From: Camelus ferus
Lineage: Eukaryota
DNA length: 64,000 bases
Assembly: GCF_009834535.1 (NCBI RefSeq)
Contig: NC_045715.1
Location: 20,212,001 to 20,276,000, forward strand
Reading direction: 5' to 3'
Translations under genes and position numbers: made by a program
Shown here: piece after piece, positions 38,901-52,874 of the stretch
Layout: the number at the start of each line of letters is the position of its first letter
Numbering within the stretch: position 1 is the stretch's first letter
The notes under the pieces: generated by a model
What the model was told of the DNA's origin: nothing
Database searches by the model: none
Seen by the model: the letters and a program-made list of their open reading frames with translations, nothing else

Positions 38901-41900
38901 AAAAGCTCTCTCAGGCAGGTGGGTATAGCTCGGTGTTACAGTGCATGCTTAGCATGCACGAGGTCCTGGGTTCAATCCCCAGTACCTCCATTAAAAAATA
39001 AAAAAAGTTCTTTCAGTAACCTCTTAAAAAATGATGCTAGGCTGGTGGCTCTATGGGTCTGACTTAATATGGCATTTTTTTTTTTCTGATGAGATGAAGA
39101 AATATCAGCCAAATGTCAAAAAATATGAAAGAAATGCGCAGAGGGAGAAAACAGGAGGTCAAGTTAGGGGCACAGAGGAGGGGAGAGTTTCTTATACCTG
39201 CGGCCTGGAAGCTGCAACGGGAAGGGCCAGGCTCCTGGGGCAGAGTAAACAGGAAGGCCTGGGTGGGTTCATCCTCCATGCTGGGGACTGCTGCACAAGA
39301 AAGCCTGGTCTGAGCACTGCTCCTCCACCCACCTCTGGATCCCGTTCCCAGTCTCCCGCCCTGCCCGCTCTGGCTTTCACACCCTTCAGGGACCACCAGT
39401 CTAATCTCCCGGCTCCTGCTTGTACCAGTACCTATGCAGCATAGATGCCCTCACCTTTCAGGCTCGGGTTCTCTCTCTCCACAAAGCACTGGGTAGCTTG
39501 TAGGTCCAGGTCTTCAGAATCTGGTCGGGAGGAATACAGGATAGATAATTTAAAAATCATATCTCATCTTAATGTCTAACTTTTTCTTTACTGTTCAGAA
39601 CAAGAACAACTCCTCAGCCCTGACCCCCTTACAGTGGGTTAAATCTTTGTGCCAAAATTCTTATATTGAAACCTAATTCCTAATGTGATGATATTAGGAG
39701 GTGGGGCCTTTGGGATGTGATTAGGATCATGAGGATGAAGCCCTCACGAATGGGATTAGAGCCCTTCTGAAAGAGACCCCAGAGAGCTCCCCTGTGCCCT
39801 CTGCCTTGTGAGGACACAGTGAGAAAGTGGCTGCTTGTGAACAAAGGGCAGGGCCTCACCGAACACTGAATCTGCTGGTGTCTTGATCTTGGATTTCCCC
39901 GACTTTAGAACTATGAGGCAAAATTTCTGTTTTTTTATAAGCTACTCAGTCTACAGTATCTTGTTATAGCAGCTCGAATGGACTAAGGCACCATATAAGC
40001 ATTCTTTACTTCAGGTGTCAAGGGAGGAAGGCAGGCCAGCACTTACCATCATGGTTGTCTCCAGAGTTCATGGTCCCGTCCACATGTGGTTCTCTCTCCC
40101 TTTCTGAGGGGGGCTGGGCTCCCTCTCTTTGTGACTGGGTGGGTTCCCCTGGAGTGCCTGTGTCCACCACCAGATCTGCTAGGTTCTCCCTTGAGACAGA
40201 GTGAAGGCCTGGCTCCACTTGTGACCCATCCTGGGCCCCAGCTGTAAGAGCTCTGTCCTGTTCAAGAACGGCTGCAGCCCACTCTGTCCCAGCATCCCTT
40301 TCTGCCGGCAGCTGGCTCTTGCTTACATCTGCCACCACGGAGGCTGCTAAGGAGGTATCTTCCTCCACATCTGGTTCACAGCCTCCAGCTGGAAGGGGCT
40401 GGGCTTCCTCTAGATGCACCACCGGCAGCTTTGCTGGGCCTCCTTCTGCTTCCACATCTGTTTGACATGTCCACGCCACAGGTACCTGATGCTTGTCCAG
40501 AAGTATAACCGCTGACCCTGGTGGGACTTCTTCCTCCACTTGTGGGTTGACGCCCACTGAAGCAGAGGCCTGGCTTCTCTCCAGATGGACCCCAGGGGAG
40601 CTCTTATCTTCCTCTGCCTCTATGTCACTGCCCCTGAGAGAAGGTTGGCTCTTTTCTGAATGTGTCTTGTCTGTGTGACCCTTGGGAACAGTTCCTATCT
40701 TTTCCAGTGGGAGCCCCTCTTCCTCCACGTCTGTGTCACTGTCTCTCCCTGCAGAGGCTTGGATTGGCTTCAAAAGGACCACAGGCTGGGCCCTGTCTGC
40801 TTCTGTGCCCGAACCTCTGTTCCACATGACAGCCTGGCTCTCTCTCAGACGGGCCAGAGTCAGCGCCGCTGAGACTTCTTCCTCATCATCTGTGTCGCTG
40901 TCGATCATCATGGAGCCTTGGCTTCTCTCCAGAGGACCCGTCAGGCGGGCCTCCCTTTCCTCTATATCTGTATCACTACCAGCCGGGCTGTCCTGCAGAC
41001 ATGCCTCGTCAGGTGCCCGGGGATGCTCTGTACCAACTTCGTGGAAGATTTGCCTCTTCTTCACAGGAACTACGGCTGGGGTGGCAGGGATCCCCTCTTC
41101 TTCCTCATCAGTATCACTGTCTATGAAGCCAGAAGGCTGGGCCCTTTCGGAATGGACCACAGCAGGCTGTCCTGGAGGCCAGCTCTCATTGCCCACATCT
41201 GTGTCACTGTCCTCCTCAGCAGGCTGGCTCATCTCCACAATCACCCCGACTGGAACCACCCCATTCCTTGCACCTGGCTTGACCTCTGTGTCCTGGTTCC
41301 TCTCCCTCGGTGAACACTGATCCTTTTCAAGCTGGATTTCAGTTGTGACAGGTTTCAGTGGTTCTGTCTCTGCAGCAGGCCCTCTTCCGGCAGCAGAGGA
41401 GGCCTCCCCTGACCCTGGTTGTTGACTTTCTTTGTCATCTGTGTCACTGTTCAGATGGAAGGCAAAAGGTGGCCCTGGGCCATCCGGGGCAGGGGAAGGC
41501 CCCTCTTCATCGCTGTGAAGAGAAGAGAAAGAGTCTAGAGAATCTATCTCCCAAGATAGGATACCTCACTCAACTGGGAGCTCCTGGAAGGCAGAACGAG
41601 GTGCTATTTGCTTTTCTATCTCCAACAATTAGTTCTCTGCTTGGCACATCAGAGGTGCTCAATAAAAATTCAGCTGAGTGAAAGAGTATGTGGGGCTCCC
41701 CAACTTCAAATTTCATGGTCACTGGCTCTCATAAGATCTCGTAAGGATTTTCCAACCCCTGCCTCCTCGTCCTTTCGAAGGCTCCAATGTCTGGCCTTTG
41801 GCACTTACCTCTCTGGAACTACTGTTGCCAAAGAGAAGGTCCTTGGTTCTTTCACCACACGCCTTTCAGGAGAATCTGTCAGGAGTAGAAAGGAATAAGT

Positions 41901-43111
41901 TGACAGTTTCATACTCACCATGCCAATTCCTCACCAGCCCTCCCAATACACTAACTTACCAACATCCTCCTCAGAGTCCTCAGCCAACAGAAGTCTGTGG
42001 GGTTGAGTTCCTCTCTGTACCCTGGGTGTCTCCTCTACAATTAGAGGGCCCCGGGAGACATAAGGTGGAAGGACATCCAAACGATGGTACTGGCAGGCCA
42101 AGTCGGCAAAGAGAATAATCTCCCGGTCCCTCAAACGATGACTCACCCCGGGGCCCAGGACCTTAGGAGGCCTTAGGATTTGAGTACCATTGAGGCTCCC
42201 ACAATCCCGAAGGACCGGTGCCTTGTCCCAGGCCAAGATTTCAATCACTGCATGTTGTTTGGAGATGGATGAAAAGGGCAGGGACACGGAGCATTCAGGC
42301 ATTCGGCCTACCACGTTCTTCCCAAGGTATAGTGGGAAATCTAAAATTTAAAGAGGTAGAAACTAACACAACACTGTAAATCAACCATACTTCAATTTAA
42401 AAAAAAAAGAATTAGAGAGGTAGAAAGGTTCTAAGTCCAGAGTCCTGGCCTGCTATTAGGAAAATGTTCCTGTAAAGTACCCCACTACTCACTCAAGGTC
42501 CCCACATGCATTAGAAAAATAAAAGGCCCTAGGATATCTAGGTAATAAACAGTACACGTAATGTGTTATTTATAGTCAATCTCCCTTGCCGTCCACACTG
42601 GATTATTTTCTATTTTGGTAAAATACACATAAAATTTACCATTTAACCACTTTTTTTTTCATTTAACCACTTTTAAGTGTTTGGTTCAGTGACATTAAGT
42701 ACATTCACGTTTTGTGCAAAACATCGCCACCATCCATTTCCAGACCTCACTGGATTTTTATTTGAATCCCTTCACCCTCTCCCACCAAAGTAAAATCACC
42801 CCCATTGAGTCCAGGGCCTGGAGCAATCAACTCAGTCAGCCCTCTCTTCTCTATTCCCAAGAAAACATTTTTTCAGATCTCCTTGAGCCATATGTAAGCT
42901 TGCAACCCTCCAATTACTTCCCCACAGAAATAAGAGGCCTATACCAGTATTTCAGCACCCAATGCCCCTGACCTTTTTCTGGTCCGTAGGAACTACTGAA
43001 GATATGCAGTTGCCCTAGGGGCTCCAAGCTACACCCCAAAGATTCACTGGGTCTCTCTTCGACTTCCTCCTCTTCCTCAACATCCCAGTTAACAACCTGG
43101 GTGTCCTCCAT
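32993..43111 (-). CDS. MDC1: Mediator of DNA damage checkpoint 1, 14 coding exons, 1904 aa
   Basis: Exons: 42973-43111, 41960-42340, 41809-41875, 40047-41512, 39455-39520, 39198-39290, 37943-38725, 37792-37835, 35208-37175, 35007-35126, 34701-34883, 34353-34478, 34136-34246, 32993-33160. Total 5715 nt, phases consistent. MEDTQ start, FHA domain, six SDTD motifs, TQxF cluster, 41-aa PST repeats, tandem BRCT. Probable non-coding exon 1 donor at 44894. Minus-strand AATAAA at 32408-32413. Confidence 0.96.
33280..33965 (+). mobile_element. L1MC-type 3' fragment in MDC1 intron 14
   Basis: AAAATCCAGACTATGGAAC...GGACAACTGACCTAGTTTC...GACCTTGTGTGAATCCTGA. Boundaries approximate. Confidence 0.55.
35676..36902 (-). 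repeat. MDC1 PST coding tandem repeat, about 10 units of 123 bp (41 aa) plus a degenerate partial unit
   Basis: Recurring unit of the form [41 protein letters not shown] in the 35178-37148 ORF. Units counted by eye. Confidence 0.9.
37246..37346 (-). mobile_element. tRNA-derived SINE in MDC1 intron 9
   Basis: Same family head and A-rich tail. Candidate TSD GAT[A/C]CTATTC at 37236-37245 and 37347-37356. Confidence 0.8.
38915..39002 (+). mobile_element. tRNA-derived SINE in MDC1 intron 7
   Basis: GGGTATAGCTC...GTGCATGCTTAGCATGCACGAGGTCCTGGGTTCAATCCCCAGTACCTCC plus A tail. Flanked by AAAAGCTCTCTCAG and AAAAGTTCTTTCAG (12/14, likely TSD). Confidence 0.85.
39628..39990 (+). mobile_element. ERVL-MaLR solo LTR (MLT1A-like) in MDC1 intron 5
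   Basis: Hallmarks GGTGGGGCCTTTGGGA.GTGATTAGG, GCCCTCACGAATGGGATTAG, CTTGATCTTGGA and the terminus TTGTTATAGCAGC..GAATGGACTAAGGCA. Subfamily from memory. Confidence 0.8.
42605..42790 (-). mobile_element. Short L1MB-type 3' terminal fragment in MDC1 intron 2
   Basis: AAAATTTACCATTTAACC...TTCAGTGACATTAAGTACATTCAC...CCACCATCCATTTCCAG. Confidence 0.6.
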
Positions 43112-43904
43112 GATCTGGGAAGAAAACACATTATTATCCTCTCGGTCAATGGTTCACACACACAGCCTCAGAGAGGAGACTGATGCGCAGGATAAACCTG
43201 GATAGTTACAGAGGCTGACACTCTTCTTTCTGCCAATCATTCTGTTGTTATCCTTCTAAGTATTTAAAAAATATCTTTGACTATGCACAGTATAAGAACT
43301 ATTACAGGGTCCCGAGTACACAAAGATATCCAAAACATGTTTATTTATAGACAAATGTTGTGAGAAACAATGCTTAGCCTTAATATATTTAACACACTGA
43401 TAGTTTTCATTCCGTTTTTCTATTCTCTATTTTTTAAATGCCAACTTGCAAACCAGTAAATTGATTTCGCTATCCACTATGGGGTTGCAAGCCAATCTGA
43501 AAAAACTATTTTAAAGGGAACTAACTTTTGTCAAGTATCAACTATGTATCAGGCATTGAGGCAGGCGTTTAGGAAACTAAGACTAAAAATGTTAAATCAT
43601 TTGTCCAGGATAACATAGCAGCTATGTGAAAAGGGTTGAAATAAATGTGTTTCTGGTTGCAAAGCCCATACTTTTTACAATTTATCAGACCAGCTCAGTG
43701 TGATCAGACTAAACTGCAAAGAATCATAACAATGAACAGGTAGAGAGGCTTGCTAGGTGTCAAGCATTGTTCTAACTACTTTATATTGGCTGACTAATTT
43801 AATCGTCACAAGAAACCTGTAAAGTATTATTATTTTTTATTTCTTAAATGAAGTCGTAGTATAGATGGATTAAGGTACTTGTTCAAGGTCACCCAGATAA
43901 TGTC

Positions 43905-44455
43905 TCTCCTCTGTTTAATATTCTTTGATGGCTCTCCATGCCCAGAAGGATAAAGTAAAACCTAAACTCCTTAACAATATTCTTCACCATCAGAACCTCA
44001 TGTCCTGAAACGTATGCCCCAGCCCCACCTCACCCAAGCCTATGGTTCAGCCACACAGACCTTCTCCCCAATCTCTGAACACTGTCCCCATTGTCCCTCA
44101 CATCTGCGGGCCTTAGCCAGTTCCTTAGCCCTCTGATCCTAGTTTTCTGGTTCACCTCCTACCCACACTTCACTGTCAAATGTCACTTCCTCAGCAAAGC
44201 CTTGCCTAGAGTCTTCTCTGCTTTCTAGTGTTACTGATGCATCCTAAGTGTTTCACGGTGGTCAATGGACTTGTACTTATCCTAACAGTTTTCACCATAG
44301 TGTAGCCATACTTTCCATTTCTGCCTCACGCACCCCCTTGAGAAACGGACCAGCAGAACTGTGTCTTTTTCCCAAGGGTCCATCATATTTATTCAACAGT
44401 AGTTACTGCGCACCTGGTACTGTTATAAGTATTCGGTATACATTCATGAACCAAC
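43905..44455 (+). mobile_element. L2 3' fragment in MDC1 intron 1
   Basis: Degenerate L2 motifs (AGGATAAAGT..AAACTCCTTAAC; CACTTCCTCAGCAAAGCCTT). Boundaries approximate. Confidence 0.45.
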
Positions 44456-44599
44456 CGTAAAATTAACCTTGCCCCCCTGATGAAAGAACGAATGAGATGA
44501 AAACTCAAAACAGTATGGGTGCGAATCACTTAAAAAGATGTTACCCTAAAGGGAAAATGTTGACAGGTACAGAAAGTAGGACGCCTCCATGGAGACAGT

Positions 44600-45420
44600 A
44601 TTAACTCCGTTCTTATAACTGGCTAACTCAGATGGCGTCCACGACCCTCGGCTCCAATCCAATGGGCCACCATCTTTGATCTCCATCCCACGGGTTCCCC
44701 ACTGGCCCAACGTCTCCCTGCGTCTTCACACCTAAACTCAGGGAGGGGCCTCAAGTAAAGATGAGAATTATAATCCCGGAGGCAAATTTCCAAGTCTCCT
44801 CCACCCAGTCGTACCCGAGGCACGCCCCTCCCGCCCTTCGGGAGAACCAAGATGGCACCCGGGGAGCCATGGGCGAGGCCCCCCAGAACTCACCTACTTT
44901 CAGTCCCCGCGCGCGCCACCAGTAACGGCCGCGACCGGGGTGGCGCGAGTGCCTGAGCGGGGAGGGGGCCGATTTGCTATTGGCTCCTGCCGCTGTCTTT
45001 CACAGCCCGGCTTCACGCCTACAGATCCAGCCGCCAATGCGGAGGCACAGGCAAAGCCCCGCCCCCACCCTGCCCCCTTACGGCTCAAAGGGCGCTTCTC
45101 CCCGGACACTGAGATCGGTTGGGTGAGGCGGTAATCCCAGGCTGCCGAAGGCGCACAGGATAGCGCACCTTGATTGGGCAGCTCCAAAGGACAACCCACT
45201 GTCGCTTCCCCACCCACCGCCCACTTCCCGCGCAGATTTCCAAATCGCGACCACAGAGTCGGGCTGCAAGGGGCAGATAGAGGGGCTTAGCCTAGTTGCC
45301 GCCCGATCCATCTAGTGCGGCTAGAGCGTCCTTCCTCGGTCCTCCCAGACATGGTGTCCGCTGACTCATGAGAAATGAAAATGGGTTGCGGGTTGCAGTC
45401 GTGGCTGAAGGCTGCAGTTT
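44600..45420 (-). promoter_or_regulatory. MDC1 CpG-island promoter / non-coding exon 1
   Basis: CpG-dense, several CCAAT/ATTGG boxes and GC boxes, donor TAG/GTGAGT at 44894. Confidence 0.7.
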
Positions 45421-47390
45421 GGAGATTAGACCGTAGGCGTGGCGCTTGAGTATTCATTGCAATAGAAGTTCATTTCCTTTTGATTTGGCTCGTTTAGAAG
45501 TCATGTCATATTCTCCCTGAGACTACAGTCCTGATGGACATCTTGAGGTCATTTTCCTTAAGATCCCTAGGAGAACCGATAGAACTATTTTGCTAACCCA
45601 TCCTAAATGACCGAGATCTTTGAAGGGTTGAAGGATGATAAAATCATTTATTTCATTAAACTTCATACTAAGACAAGAAGAGAATAGTAACAATTTGACA
45701 TAATTTAGGAAGACTTTCTGCTTTTATTACCTCACTTCATTCTGACTAGAACAAGCAAATAGGAATAGGTTTTACAGAAAGAACTGGAGCTCTGCGAAGT
45801 TAAATGACTTGCCTAGGTACCTAGAGCTAAGGTAAAGTAGAGACAAATTGGAACAAGTTCTCTATAAATTCTGAACTCTCTCCACTACCACAAAATATGT
45901 AACTTTCATTGTGATCATGCAGTAAAACATAAAGATTCTATTTCAAGTGAGTAGTGGGGTCTTACACAACTTGATGTTCTTTTATTTAGAAGATGACTGA
46001 GAAACGTATGTTGAATTCACTGTGAATTAACAATGATGACCTTGATACCACATGTCCTTTATCATAATGCTTACCACACTCTATTGTTTATACACTTGAC
46101 ACAAAATTGCAAGATCCTGGAGGACAGGAAGCTAATTCTTAATCATTTTTGTATCCCTTGCTCCTGGTTTGGTGGACACTTAGTATCTCAAGTGAATTAA
46201 TCCTCGAGAAGAAGCATGATGCTAAGATTTGAGCTCATCCAAGTTTCTCCCTTCATGCCCCCATCCCTTTTATTTCAATCCTGAGGATCTTGGACGGTTG
46301 CAATGGTCAGCCACCTAGTCACTGAATTCAGTGACTCCATCAAAGTGCCTAGAGACGCAGGCTGGAAGACACTGAAATTCTATCAGGCATCTCACCCTAT
46401 ACTTCTCTGCTTGACAAGAGAAAACGTGTTAAACGCTGCTCTAAGGCCCAGATCCCCTACATGGACCGAAACTTCGGGTATATCGGTTTCTCTAAACCAT
46501 TCAATTTATTCTTTGAACAGATCCTCCGCACAATTACATCTCTGTCCTGAAAAGCCCTTGGCTGCAATTTTATTTCTCTTTCTAAACATTATCATTAGGA
46601 AACTCCCAAGGAAATGGCAGGAGGGCAGTCCCCTCCTTCCTGCTGAGATATCTGGGGGAGCAGCGGCTTACTGAAGTTCATGTCTTGGGTCACCAAAGGA
46701 CCAGCTGTTAGCAGAACAGGGTGCCGCATTTCTGCCCAGTTTTTGCTGAGCTAAGCAATTCTGTCTTCCCAAGAGCTACCGCAGCGGGGAGCTTTCAGGG
46801 CGTGCCCCATTCCACCTTCCAACGCCTGGCACCCCAGGGTTCCCAATTCCTGCACCCCCGAAAACTATTCTTTTTACACCAAAACACTCAGGCATAGAGG
46901 AAAAAACTCTTGCGCAATGTCATTTTTCTTGAAAAGACCCAAATACCTAAAACCCCAAACCCAGTACCCACCCATTCGTCCTTTCATTTTCCAGCGTGGA
47001 CAACAATAGAGGACTACAACTCCCAGGGAAGACTGCGCTCGTCCACCCCGAGCAGGGACCAATGGACGTCTGATACATGACCGGCAAGGACTAATCAGGA
47101 CCAGCCTCAGTGAGGCTTTGTCTCCCCACAGCGGCGCGGGGCGCGTTCTCCCGCCTCCTGGCCCCGGCGCACGCGCGCCCCGCCCTGCCCGCCTTTCCTC
47201 CGCGCCCTCCCCTCTCCTTTCTCCCTCTCAGAACCTTCCTGCCGCCGCGTTCGGACCTCGCTGCTGCAGCCTCCGGGGCCGTCCCATCCTTCCAGCCTGC
47301 GACCAGCAGCAGAGAAAAACAAATTACTTATCATTTTCTTGCCCCGTACACACCTTGAGGCGAGCAAAAAGATTAGAATAAATTTTAACC

Positions 47391-50653
<3,263 letters not shown>

Positions 50654-50770
50654 GGCCGAGCCCCATCACCTCAGCCTTCTCAGTCCCCTCAGCCTTCTTC
50701 CTCAACCGCCCCTTTCCCTCAGAATTCGCGTTTTCTGCCTCTATCTTGTTTCTTTTGGGGGGGGGTGGGT

Positions 50771-50829
50771 TCTAGAACAGTGCCTGGCACATAATAGGCG
50801 CTCAATAAATATTTGTTGTTTGTTGAATG
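50771..50829 (+). mobile_element. L2 3' tail containing the proximal TUBB polyadenylation signal
   Basis: TCTAGAACAGTGCCTGGCACATAATAGGCGCTCAATAAATATTTGTTG...GAATG is close to the recalled L2 terminal consensus. AATAAA at 50804-50809. Confidence 0.75.
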
Positions 50830-52874
50830 TCTCCTCTCTCTTTCCACTCTGGGAAACCTAGATTTCTGCCATTCTGGGTAACCCTGTTTTTCCTTCTGGT
50901 GCCCACTCCTCCCATCTGTCCAGTTAACATTCCCCTCTCTTTTCAAGATAACTCTCCAAGAAGCTGGATCTCATCAGATCCCATTTAGAACTGTGTGCTG
51001 AAAACCCGGATGGGTGACTACCATCCTAGGCCCTATGTGGTAGCCCAGGGGAAAGGAAACCAAGCAACCTCACAGCAGGGAGAAGTCCCTACAAGGAAAG
51101 GGTGGGGGTTTGGAGAGGGCCGTCCAAGCTGTGGAAGTCCTAATTTTCAGGTATCTCCGTGCTCTCAGTTTCCAGGGAGGTGTTAACAGTATTATCTCCA
51201 TTTTCAGTCTCCCTTCAAGCTCTGTCCTTGAGCTGTTTCTTTTGCAGGGGTCTGGCCCCACCCTGTCAAGGGGGATCCTTCCCTCTCTACCACTTTGCTT
51301 CCTTTAAGTGCTGGGATTCCTTCCTTTATTCCTGCTCAGAAAGGGGGTCAAGGAGAGACTAGCCTTGGTCTGTCAACTTCCAGAAAGGCCCTCCCCACTC
51401 CGTCTTCCTGCATAAAAAATGAATACCAGCCCTTTTGTGTGTTTCTGGAAAGGGGTGTGCTGCCGCCTAAATGTTTGTCATTCCCCGGAGAGGGGACAGG
51501 ATACCCTGTCTTGGCAACATCTCATCTCTTTTGCTATTGCCTTTTCCCCCTCAACCTTGGTTTTGTCCTATTCTACACTTCAGATTTCTATTTTGTGTTG
51601 AACTTGCTGCTTTTTTTCATATTGAAAAGATGACTGCCCCAAGAGCCAAAAATAAATGGGAATTGAAAAAAAAAAGTTGCAAGACGTGTGCTCATTCAGG
51701 GAAAGATTGCTGGTGGAGGCATGGGGCTCAAATTGTTAATGCTATATACTGTGCTTCCCATAGTGATGAAAATATCTTTATACCTTAATTGCTGGTACCC
51801 ACCACCAGTACCAGGCTTAATAGCTAGGATAGGCATAGGCTCAGATGTAGGATCTAGGGATAGAAAAGGGGAAATGACATGAATGTTAAGTAAGTGGTTG
51901 CCAGACTAGCATCATCAGTGTCCCCTTGAAACGGATATTCTCAGGCCTGCCCAGGTATACTGAACCAGAAATGGGTTGGACCCCACCAGTCTTTTAATGG
52001 TATTCCAGAAGAATATCGTGAAAGCATGGAGCTGAAAGCCACTGTTGTGCCACTTTCAATGCACAGCACATGGAGGGTTCCTTTGGGTGGTGGATGTCGC
52101 TGTTTTTTGTAATGCTGTGGGTTTTCTCAGTCAACCTAAGGCAATCACTAGGGGATGTCATATGATGGTCCCATTCTAAACTAAGGTTATGTTCCACCTA
52201 GTACCTCATGCTTTAAAGAGCGCAGCGTAACAGTCTCAAAGATATCCTCAAATGTAACAATTGGAAATTTAAAAATAATTTCCCTTGGCCATATTTTCAG
52301 TAATTCTAGGGTCCAATGTAATTCTCAGATAGCTTCCACTTCAGCATGCTTTTCTGACTATAAGCAACTTTGGGGGAAAAATTAATCCTGCAACTCAACA
52401 GGACACAAGTTAACTACTGCCTTTCTCCCATTTTAAAAAGCCTATTGAATGCAAGGGGGAAAGATGCATTCTAGCATTTATTCTGAATTCTGTTTCATTA
52501 ACTATCAGTACTTATTAACAGCATTTATTTGACAAGTAAAACTGAAAACCTGCAGACCATCCCCTCAAGTCTCAGGAAAGAATTCTGGACAACAGGCTCA
52601 GACAGTAATTAAGTTAAATACATTGAGGGGTGGGATCATCAGAAGGCTGGCATGGGACCCCTGGGGGACGGGCAGTCTTGGCAGTGTGGGGTTGGGAAAG
52701 GGAGCAACCTTTCCCCTCCAAGGCAAGGCACAGGCTGTTTGGCAAGGAGAGATGAGGGTTGGAACCCTGCTGTCAAAGGACAGCTCAGGTAGCCAGCTTA
52801 AGTGCATGCAATGTGGGGACCATTCAGGCAATGAGGCTTGAGCTACGAGGGTGGGCATCACGAAGGTCGAGGGC

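Noticed and set aside
38915-39002. tRNA-like sequences (also 28721-28845, 31419-31470, 37246-37346, 56613-56726) as tRNA genes
   Set aside because: They have A/B boxes but lack a pairing acceptor stem, and most carry A-rich tails and TSDs. These are SINEs.
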